A stretch of DNA of 64,000 nucleotides from Myxococcota bacterium (GTDB lineage: Bacteria; Myxococcota; XYA12-FULL-58-9; JALHOP01), in NCBI GenBank assembly GCA_041288095.1, contig JBGGMJ010000187.1, forward strand, positions 1 to 64,000, in the 5' to 3' direction. Below the pieces are notes generated by a model. The model saw only the letters and a list, made by a program, of their open reading frames with translations, was not told the DNA's origin and ran no database searches. The position numbers and the translations under genes were made by a program. Position 1 is the first letter of the stretch. The number at the start of each line of letters is the position of its first letter. This document shows, piece by piece, positions 1-7,707 of the stretch.

Positions 1-543
1 GCCGCGTCCGTGGCGCTCGGCTTCGAGCACATTCTCGGTGGCGCCGACCACCTGCTCTTCCTCCTCGGGCTGCTGGTGCTGGTGCGCCGCCCACGCCGCG
101 TTTTTCTCACCGCCACGGCCTTCACGCTGTCGCATAGCGTCACCCTGGCCGCGACTGCCCTCCATTGGGTGAGCATCTCATCGCAAGCCGCCGAGGCCGC
201 TATCGCGTTCAGCCTCGTGCTCCTGGCGGCCGATCTCGGACGCAGCGAAAAGCCCATGCACGCAACCGGGATGGCGTTGGTGTTCGGCCTCGTGCACGGC
301 TTTGGCTTTGCCGGCGCGCTCGCGGAGATCGGCTTGCCCGACGGCGCCGTCCCGCTCGCCCTCGGCAGCTTCAACGTGGGTGTGGAGCTGGGGCAGCTCG
401 CGTTTCTCTGCGCGGCGTCGTTACTCGCCGCGCTCGCCGCGCACTTTCGCCTCCAGCGACCTCTCACTCACGCCGCGGCCCTCGGGATCGGCGGCGTCGG
501 CTCGTTCTGGTTACTCGAGCGCACCGCGGTCTGGTGGCTCTAA
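1..543 (+). CDS. HupE/UreJ family membrane protein (5' end outside window)
   Basis: GFEHILGGADHLLFL, TAFTLSHSVTLA, FGLVHGFGFA and SFNVGVELGQ motifs; multiple TM segments; frame open from base 1. Confidence 0.9.
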   Translation, partial: AASVALGFEHILGGADHLLFLLGLLVLVRRPRRVFLTATAFTLSHSVTLAATALHWVSISSQAAEAAIAFSLVLLAADLGRSEKPMHATGMALVFGLVHGFGFAGALAEIGLPDGAVPLALGSFNVGVELGQLAFLCAASLLAALAAHFRLQRPLTHAAALGIGGVGSFWLLERTAVWWL

Positions 544-560
544 CAACAAGGGAGTGTGTC

Positions 561-2450
561 ATGCGTTTGAGCTCGAGGTCATTGATGGTGCTGGCGCTGT
601 GCTCGTTACTTGGCTGCGGCGACGAGGAGGCGACCGACGACGAGATGCTCTTCGAAGAAGGCCTCAGCGTCGGCGAGGCCGAGGCGGTTACTTGCGCGAC
701 CAACTCACCGGTCAAGAACGCCTACTTCGGCGATCTCCACGTGCACACGTCGTTGTCCGCTGACGCGTACAAGTTCGGGACCCGCAACGATCCTGCCGCG
801 GCCTATGCCTTCGCGCGAGGTCAGGCCCTGACGCTGGCGGGTGGAGCCACGGCGAAGATCGATCGACCGCTCGACTTCATGGCGGTGACCGACCACTCCG
901 AGTTCCTCCTCGGCAACTGGGCAAGTATTGGCGAATACGCCGATACCGCCAACGACCCATGCAACTTCACGACGTTTCGCGCCTACGAATACACGCAGTC
1001 GCTCGGCGGCGCTAACCAGCACCGCAACGTGATCTTCAAGAACAGCATCGTCCCCAGCACGATGTACACGTCACGGGATTATCCCCAGCCGGCCAATCTC
1101 TGGAACGCGCTCGACACTGGTTGCAAGAACGGCTCTGGCTGCGATGTCGTCGCCATCCCGCACAACTCGAACCAGAGCGCAGGGCAGAAGTTCATCGTCG
1201 AGTCGCACTCGCCCGCGGTCGCCAAGCAGCGGGCCGACATCGAGAGGCTCGCCGAGATCTTCCAGGGCAAGGGTAACAGCGAGTGCTTGAACACCGTCGA
1301 TCCATCGGACGAGGGCTACGACCCGAAGTGCGACTTCGAGCTCCTGACCGAAGGGATGGATCCAGGCGCCGCGCCGGGCTACGTGCGCGCCGGTCTCGGC
1401 AACGGCCTCACCTACTACGCGCAGCACGGCATCAATCCGCTGCAGATGGGCCTCATCGGCTCGACTGACACGCACAACGCAACCGGCGGCAACGTCAAGG
1501 AGAGCACCTGGCCCGGCAACCACGGCGCCAACGACAGCACGCCGACACAACGACTCACCCGAGGCAACGTCGTCGAAAACAATCCCGGTGGCCTCGCGGT
1601 CGCGTGGGCGGAGCAGAACACGCGCGCGTCGATCTTCGCCGCCTTCAAGCGACGTGAAACCTACGCCACCAGTGGACCGCGGATCATCGCGCGCTTCTAC
1701 CAGACCTGGAGCACCACCGACCTGTGCGCCGACCCGAGCTTTCCGGCGCAAGCGCAGGCGAACGGCGTGCCCATGGGCGCCACGATGCCGTCGACCGGCG
1801 CCGTCAGATATCCGCGCTTCGTGGTCTACGCCGCCAAGGACAAGACCAACCTCGCGGAGATCGACCTCATCAAGGCGACGCTGGTCAACGGTGTCATCAA
1901 AGAGCGCATCGTCACCTTGGCGGCGACCGACGCGACCTTGGGCGACGCGACCATGTGCCGCACCGTGACCGACACTACTTACGATCCGACGCGACCCGCC
2001 TTCTACTATGCCCGCATCGTCGAGAAGCCGACCTGGCGCTGGTCGCACTTCGATTGCCAAAGGGATCCCGCCAACTGCAAGCGCGACGAAAAGATCCAAG
2101 AACGCGCCTGGACCTCGCCGATCTGGAACCAGCCGGTGATCTCCTCACCGGGCTACCTGACCGCGAATCCGACGTCTTGCACCGCCGGCGCGAACAATCT
2201 GTGCACGAGCACCATCACCTGGAACGCGAGCGATCCCTCGACGCACCTCGAGGTCTTCGTGAGCGTGGACGGAGGGGGACCGCAGCTCTTCGCCTGTGGC
2301 GCCGGGACGTTCAGCTCCAAGGCACCGTGGATTCAGGGGGGGCATGACTATCAGTTCACTGCCTATCGCTCACCTGACTGCGCCCACCTGACTCCCACGG
2401 GGCTAACGTGGCTGTCGGCCATCTCGGTCACCGGGGTGCGCGCACAGTAG
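561..2450 (+). CDS. DUF3604 (PHP-like) domain lipoprotein with extra C-terminal domain
   Basis: GGAG RBS before ATG 561; lipobox LLGC; YFGDLHVHTSLS, PLDFMAVTDHSE, IPHNSN, GSTDTH, ETYATSGPRI and QERAWTSPIW motifs; HupE/UreJ neighbour is typical. Confidence 0.85.
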   Translation: MRLSSRSLMVLALCSLLGCGDEEATDDEMLFEEGLSVGEAEAVTCATNSPVKNAYFGDLHVHTSLSADAYKFGTRNDPAAAYAFARGQALTLAGGATAKIDRPLDFMAVTDHSEFLLGNWASIGEYADTANDPCNFTTFRAYEYTQSLGGANQHRNVIFKNSIVPSTMYTSRDYPQPANLWNALDTGCKNGSGCDVVAIPHNSNQSAGQKFIVESHSPAVAKQRADIERLAEIFQGKGNSECLNTVDPSDEGYDPKCDFELLTEGMDPGAAPGYVRAGLGNGLTYYAQHGINPLQMGLIGSTDTHNATGGNVKESTWPGNHGANDSTPTQRLTRGNVVENNPGGLAVAWAEQNTRASIFAAFKRRETYATSGPRIIARFYQTWSTTDLCADPSFPAQAQANGVPMGATMPSTGAVRYPRFVVYAAKDKTNLAEIDLIKATLVNGVIKERIVTLAATDATLGDATMCRTVTDTTYDPTRPAFYYARIVEKPTWRWSHFDCQRDPANCKRDEKIQERAWTSPIWNQPVISSPGYLTANPTSCTAGANNLCTSTITWNASDPSTHLEVFVSVDGGGPQLFACGAGTFSSKAPWIQGGHDYQFTAYRSPDCAHLTPTGLTWLSAISVTGVRAQ

Positions 2451-2452
2451 AA

Positions 2453-2479
2453 GCAACGCTTTCGGCACTCGCCCGATAC
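2453..2479 (+). promoter_or_regulatory. sigma-28-like promoter GCAAC-N16-CGATAC
   Basis: GCAAC 2453-2457, CCCGATAC 2472-2479; same motif upstream of five other units. Confidence 0.55.
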
Positions 2480-2489
2480 TGGTCACACG

Positions 2490-2765
2490 ATGACCGAGTT
2501 AGAGGGAGCTTTTGCCGAGAAGCCGGCGACGACTGAGCGGCGCACGTATGTGGCGCTGCTCAACGACGTCCAGGCGGTCCAAGGCGAGCTCCATCCGGTC
2601 ATCGCCGACATGCCGTACGAGGCTCGCGTCGAGCTTCTGCGGCAGGCCAAGGAGGACGGCGTCGTCCTCGGCAAGGCTGAAATCGACGCGCATATGCAGG
2701 AGCTCGACGAGCGCATCGCCGTGGTGCGTCGCCTCGCCGCTCTGTTGAACCGGAGCACCCAATGA
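2490..2765 (+). CDS. small acidic hypothetical protein
   Basis: 91 aa ORF; ATGA overlap with the next gene. Confidence 0.65.
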   Translation: MTELEGAFAEKPATTERRTYVALLNDVQAVQGELHPVIADMPYEARVELLRQAKEDGVVLGKAEIDAHMQELDERIAVVRRLAALLNRSTQ

Positions 2766-3856
2766 TTCTCGACATCGCCTATCATCAGACCGCCGCCTTC
2801 CGCGCCCGCTCCGAAGCACGCGCCGACCGCCTTACCGCCAAAGCGGACAGGCCGACGCCACCCGCAGTCGACATCGAGGTCCTGCAAGCAGGCGCACGCA
2901 GCATCGGCCTCGACACCAAGCTCAAGGTGAAGCAAAGCGCCAGCGGCGCCGAAACCGTGATCACCGTGCGCAACGGCGACGTCACCAACATCGACGAGAT
3001 GATCCTCGCGCGTTTGCCGCGGATCGCCGACATGGTCCGCGCCAAGACGGGTTGGCCGCTCGACCTCGCGAACGTCACCTTCGAGTTCGCCGATGGCGCG
3101 ACCTGCCGCAAGCGCTCGCTTCAAGAAGCCGTGAAGCGCATCGGTATCGAAGATCCGTTCGCCAAGACCTCGTGGTGGTCGCGTATGCAGACCGCCGTCA
3201 TGTTGCGGATGATGCCACCGCCGGTCGCGGTGTGGCTCCCGAGCGAAGAGGTCATGATGTTCAACCTCGACGCCTTGAACAAAGTCGACGCCGACATGGC
3301 CTGCGAGATCACCTTCCACGAGCTCGTGCATACGGCGCAGGACCACCACGCGCCGGAGTTCTGCGAGAGCATCAACAAGCTCGCGGCCCAAGCCGTGCAA
3401 GTCCGCAAGGAGCGCGGCAAGCGCGACCCAGAGTATGTCGAGATCATGGACACGGTCGGCGCACGCATGGCGCTCATCGAGGGCCAGGCAACAGCGTTGC
3501 AGGCGGAAGCGAAAGCGGAAGCCTTTCCGAACGGCAAGCTGAACGTGACGGTCGGTGCCATCCTCCTGAGCCTTGGCTCGCTCGTGCTGTCCGCGAACCG
3601 CCGCAAGCTCATGCAATATCTCGCGGGCAGTGAGGCGTATAAGAAGATCCGCAACGAGCCAGAGCTCATCAAGGCCGTCTTCGCCAACCCATCGCTCTGT
3701 GACCTGATGCTGCGAACCCAAGGCAAGGTCACGGTGACGGTGCCGGCGGCGTCGGCCGACGAAGCCGCGACGCTCATCACCCCCCTCGTCAAGGCAAACG
3801 GGCGTGCTGGTCAGCTCGAAATCGAGCTCGCGCTCGCCGAGCCCAAAGCGGCCTGA
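2762..3856 (+). CDS. zincin-like metallopeptidase, no signal peptide
   Basis: FHELVHTAQ (HEXXH) and downstream MALIEGQA (third ligand E). Confidence 0.7.
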   Translation: MILDIAYHQTAAFRARSEARADRLTAKADRPTPPAVDIEVLQAGARSIGLDTKLKVKQSASGAETVITVRNGDVTNIDEMILARLPRIADMVRAKTGWPLDLANVTFEFADGATCRKRSLQEAVKRIGIEDPFAKTSWWSRMQTAVMLRMMPPPVAVWLPSEEVMMFNLDALNKVDADMACEITFHELVHTAQDHHAPEFCESINKLAAQAVQVRKERGKRDPEYVEIMDTVGARMALIEGQATALQAEAKAEAFPNGKLNVTVGAILLSLGSLVLSANRRKLMQYLAGSEAYKKIRNEPELIKAVFANPSLCDLMLRTQGKVTVTVPAASADEAATLITPLVKANGRAGQLEIELALAEPKAA

Positions 3857-3867
3857 GCGCCGCGTGA

Positions 3868-3888
3868 GCGGAGGCGACTTGCCTCCGC
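3868..3888 (+). terminator. GC-rich hairpin after the zincin gene
   Basis: GCGGAGGC-GACTT-GCCTCCGC; no U-tract. Confidence 0.35.
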
Positions 3889-3953
3889 GCCAACGCGTTA
3901 CCAACTCAGTGTAGGTCGTTCGAGGGCGACGACCGCTAGACACTGGGGTGTCA

Positions 3954-6080
3954 ATGGCGCGGCTGTCCAAGAACCTGCTGCCACTTGTGCTCGTCGTGCT
4001 TGCGAGCATCGCCACCTCGACGTCCGCGCGAGCGGGCATCATGGTCGTCGTCGCGCATCCGGATGACGACGTCATCATCGCCGCGGGAGTCATCCAGGCG
4101 GCGAGGCTGCGCGGTGAACAGGTCAATGTCGTCTACGTGACGAACGGTGAGCTGGTGGGCGGGCCGGTCACTGGGCTTGCGCGTCAGGGCGAGGCTGTCA
4201 ACGCCCAGAGCTTCCTCGGCGTCGGCGAGAACGCGCTCGTCTTCCTCGGCCATCCCGACAATCGGCTCTCCGATCTCTACTCGAACCCCGCGTTCGCGGA
4301 ACCCGGCGCCGTACTGACCACCGTGCACGGGCAATCCGTCACCTTCGGCAATCGCGGGCTCGGCCAAGCCGACTACCACCAGCACCGCTTCGGCATGCAC
4401 GCGTCCTTCAACAAGAAGAACTTCATCGCCGACCTCGTCGACGTCGTCGCCAAGTACCGGCCCACCCACGTGATCACGCACGCCGACTTCGACGTGCACC
4501 CCGACCACAAGACGGTGAGCATCGCGATCCGCGAGGCGATGAAGAGCGTCGCCGGCACGGACCCGAAATACGCCGCCACCCTCTTCCACGGTTTGGTTTG
4601 GAGCATCGACGCCAAGGGTTGGCCGCTGCCTCCCAACCCGACCACTTACCTCACGGAGCCGCCGGGTCTCGCTCCCACCGGCGTGCGCTGGGTCGATCGC
4701 CACAGCATCGACGTCCCGCGCACCATGCAAAACACGACGCCGGAGCTGAACACGAAGTACCTCGCCATGAACGCGCACGAGAGCCAGGGTGGCTCCGGCG
4801 CCTTCATCGGCAAGTCCATCCACCGAGACGAAGTCTTCTGGGCGGAGAACCCGCTCGGCAAGGACCGACCACCACGCGTCGACGCCGGCCAACCGCTCAC
4901 GGTCGCGCCCGGCGCCAAAGCGCAGCTCGACGGCTCGCGCAGCAGCGACCTCGACGGCCCGCTGACGTTCAAGTGGACACAGCGTGACGGCCCGCCAGTG
5001 GCGCTCGCTGGAGCGGACACGGCGAGGCCGAGTTTCACCGCTCCCGCGGACATCGCGAAAGACGAAGTGCTCAACTTCGCGCTCGTGGTCAGCGAAGGCG
5101 GGCTACAGAGCCTCGAGGACCGCGTCTCGGTGCTGGTCTCGGCGGGCGGAGGGCCCGCCGTTGCGTCCGCGAACATCGCGCCGCGGGCGAAGGTCACGGC
5201 GTCGTCCGCGAAGCCGGGACAAGAAGCACACAAGGTCGTCGACGAAATGGTCGGTGGCGCGCCCAAGGACCCTGGGCAGGAATGGGTGAGCGCCGGCGAG
5301 CGTACCGGCGCGTGGTTGCAACTCGAATGGGCGAGCCCGTTCACGGTGGACCGCATCGTCATGCACGACCGGCCAGGCCTCACCGACCACATCACCAAGG
5401 TGACCCTCGTCTTCGATGGCGGAGTGACGCGCGGCGAGGGTCCGCTCGACAACAGCGGCGCCGGCTCCGCGATTACCTTCCCGCCGGTCTCGACCAAGAC
5501 CCTGCGCGTCGTCATCGACGGCACGAGTCCCGAGACCACCGCGACGGGTCTCGCCGAGATCGTCGTGTACGGCGGCGCCACGCAAGATGGTGCCGCGGTC
5601 GCGGGCGCAAGCGACGGCAATATCGCCGCCCTCGCGAGCGTCAGCTCGTCGTCACCGGGTGGCGGCAGCATTCAAGACGCAACCAAGGCGGTCGACGGTG
5701 TCGTCGATGGTTGGCCGAACGACTTCAGCAAGGAGTGGGTCACCGCCGGCGAGCGCAGCGGCGCCTGGCTGCTCTTGGAATGGAGTGACGAGCACGTCAT
5801 CGATCGGGTGGTGCTCCATGACCGCGTGAACCCCTCCGACAACATCGCCAACGCGACGCTCGTCTTCGATGACGGCCCGCCGATCCGCACTGGCGCGCTG
5901 CCCGCGAACGGCACGGCGCGTGAAGTGAAGTTCCCGCCGGTGTCGGCGCGCAAGCTGCGCATCGCGCTGACCACGAGCGCCGGCACGCAAAACGCGGGGC
6001 TCGCGGAGCTCAAGGTCTACGAGAGCAAGCTGCCACCCGCCGCGCGAACAGCGGACAGCGGCTCACGTCGCCGTCGCTGA
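3954..6080 (+). CDS. secreted PIG-L family deacetylase with PKD-like and two discoidin/F5-8-like domains
   Basis: signal peptide ending ARA; AHPDDD, VTNGE and HPDH motifs; DAG...LDGSRSSDLDG..FKW PKD-like module; two NIA..A.V..SS...EW...GAWL modules. Confidence 0.85.
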   Translation: MARLSKNLLPLVLVVLASIATSTSARAGIMVVVAHPDDDVIIAAGVIQAARLRGEQVNVVYVTNGELVGGPVTGLARQGEAVNAQSFLGVGENALVFLGHPDNRLSDLYSNPAFAEPGAVLTTVHGQSVTFGNRGLGQADYHQHRFGMHASFNKKNFIADLVDVVAKYRPTHVITHADFDVHPDHKTVSIAIREAMKSVAGTDPKYAATLFHGLVWSIDAKGWPLPPNPTTYLTEPPGLAPTGVRWVDRHSIDVPRTMQNTTPELNTKYLAMNAHESQGGSGAFIGKSIHRDEVFWAENPLGKDRPPRVDAGQPLTVAPGAKAQLDGSRSSDLDGPLTFKWTQRDGPPVALAGADTARPSFTAPADIAKDEVLNFALVVSEGGLQSLEDRVSVLVSAGGGPAVASANIAPRAKVTASSAKPGQEAHKVVDEMVGGAPKDPGQEWVSAGERTGAWLQLEWASPFTVDRIVMHDRPGLTDHITKVTLVFDGGVTRGEGPLDNSGAGSAITFPPVSTKTLRVVIDGTSPETTATGLAEIVVYGGATQDGAAVAGASDGNIAALASVSSSSPGGGSIQDATKAVDGVVDGWPNDFSKEWVTAGERSGAWLLLEWSDEHVIDRVVLHDRVNPSDNIANATLVFDDGPPIRTGALPANGTAREVKFPPVSARKLRIALTTSAGTQNAGLAELKVYESKLPPAARTADSGSRRRR

Positions 6081-6100
6081 GCGCGCCCGCCCATTCACGC

Positions 6101-7588
6101 TTAGTCGGCCTTCGACGCCTTTTTCATCAGGTGCAGACCGGTGGCGTACACCTGCTTCTTGAAGAGCGCGTCGAAGTCGAAGCTCAAGCCCTCGCCTTCC
6201 TTCTTGAGGAACTCGAGGAACTGCTCCGTGGTGAAGACCTTCTTGGTGTACGCGTCGAAGAACTTCGTCAGCACCGGGCGCAAGCCGCCCTTCGGCGCGA
6301 AGACACTGTCGAGGTAAGCCATGACGCTCGCGCCGTGGCTGTAGGCGGCCTGGGGCGTGATGCGGTGCCATGCCGGGAAACCGGAGAGCTTGCGCGCGCT
6401 CCAGGGCTCCGAGCGTGAGGTCGGATAGCCGTTGTCGTGCCACGAGGCCAAGGCTTCGTCGATCCAACCGGCGTTGCCGTTCGCCGGCTGGGCCGAGCGC
6501 GCGAACCACTGGTGGTGCAGCTCGTGCTGCAATGCATTCAAGCTGGTCTCGGTGGCGCCCGAATACTCCATGCCGCCCGAGCCCGAGACCCGCACGAGGA
6601 CGCGTGGATGCGGATACGGAGCGATGTCCTTCTCGTGCTTGGCGAGCGCCTGCTTGGTGAGCTCGACGCCGCGGTGAGCGGCTTCCTCGGCGCTGAGGGG
6701 CACGTCGCCGTTAGGGACGGTCGGAGCCGGCGGCTTCAAACCAACGCCGTCGCCGAAGCGCTCGGGGAGCTTGCCGACGACGAGGTTACCGGGCGTGTAC
6801 ACCGTGATCGGGATCTGGGCGCCGGTGGAGCTCTTGAAGACGTCCTCGCTGATCGAGAAGCGCGCCGGATTGATGACGTTCAAGAAGAGTGACGCCGTGT
6901 TGTAGTGCGCCGGGAACGTGACCACGAGCTTGCCGTCGACCTTGCTCACCTCACCATTGCTCATGATGCGGTGCTCGGCCTGGGTGCCGCGGATGTCGAA
7001 CGTGATCGAGCCCGGGTACTGGTCGTACTCGAGGTTCGTGGGGAAGTACTGCTCGTCCATCGAGCGGTTGTCGAGATCGCTCTTGCGCGCGAAGAACTCG
7101 ACCGAGTCTCCGCTATAGCGAACACCGGCAGTGAGCTCGTATTCGACTTCGATGCGGTGCACGCCGGGCTCGAGCTCGACGCCGAGGACGCGGAAGTTCG
7201 ATTCGTTGCCGGGGTCGCGCACGTCGCTGTAGCTCGCCGGATCGACTTCCTTGCCGTCGACGACGACTTTGCTGGCGCGCGGCACCAGCTCGATGGCCGG
7301 CTGACCCTTCTCGGAAAGCTCGATTTCGACGACCGCTTTGACGGTGCTCTTCTTCGACGCGACGTCGAGGACCACCGTGCTGTCGACCTTCTTGATGTCT
7401 CCGAACACGACCGTCTTGCCGTTGACCTGGAAGGACGGCGGGGCATGCAAAGCCGCGTCCGAGCGTACGGACCGGCCAGCCGAGTAAGTGTCGACCGCGT
7501 CGCGGCGCACGGCCGGCTGGGCGGAAGCTTCGGACTGAGCGGGCGAAGACGTACGGGTAGCAGCTAGCAGCGGCTTGATGGCCTGCAT
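6101..7588 (-). CDS. M1 family aminopeptidase-like gluzincin, no signal peptide
   Basis: GGMEY (GAMEN-like) and HELHH-X18-E; S/T/A/P-rich N-terminus. Confidence 0.85.
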   Translation of the reverse strand: MQAIKPLLAATRTSSPAQSEASAQPAVRRDAVDTYSAGRSVRSDAALHAPPSFQVNGKTVVFGDIKKVDSTVVLDVASKKSTVKAVVEIELSEKGQPAIELVPRASKVVVDGKEVDPASYSDVRDPGNESNFRVLGVELEPGVHRIEVEYELTAGVRYSGDSVEFFARKSDLDNRSMDEQYFPTNLEYDQYPGSITFDIRGTQAEHRIMSNGEVSKVDGKLVVTFPAHYNTASLFLNVINPARFSISEDVFKSSTGAQIPITVYTPGNLVVGKLPERFGDGVGLKPPAPTVPNGDVPLSAEEAAHRGVELTKQALAKHEKDIAPYPHPRVLVRVSGSGGMEYSGATETSLNALQHELHHQWFARSAQPANGNAGWIDEALASWHDNGYPTSRSEPWSARKLSGFPAWHRITPQAAYSHGASVMAYLDSVFAPKGGLRPVLTKFFDAYTKKVFTTEQFLEFLKKEGEGLSFDFDALFKKQVYATGLHLMKKASKAD

Positions 7589-7657
7589 GACGACATCCGG
7601 ATTTTGAGGGTTTCGAAGAGATACGCGCCCGAGCGGACGCGTGATGGGCAGCGCCCA

Positions 7658-7685
7658 GTATCGAAGCCTGAGCCCTCGAGGTTGC
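7658..7685 (-). promoter_or_regulatory. sigma-28-like promoter GCAAC-N17-CGATAC
   Basis: minus strand gcaac ctcgagggctcaggctt cgatactgg; shares CGATACTGG with the 2474 site. Confidence 0.45.
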
Positions 7686-7707
7686 CGGAAACGACCGGAA
7701 ACTTGGG

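Noticed and set aside
165..560. N-terminal extension of the 761 aa ORF
   Set aside because: It overlaps the HupE/UreJ gene; the RBS and lipobox place the real start at 561.
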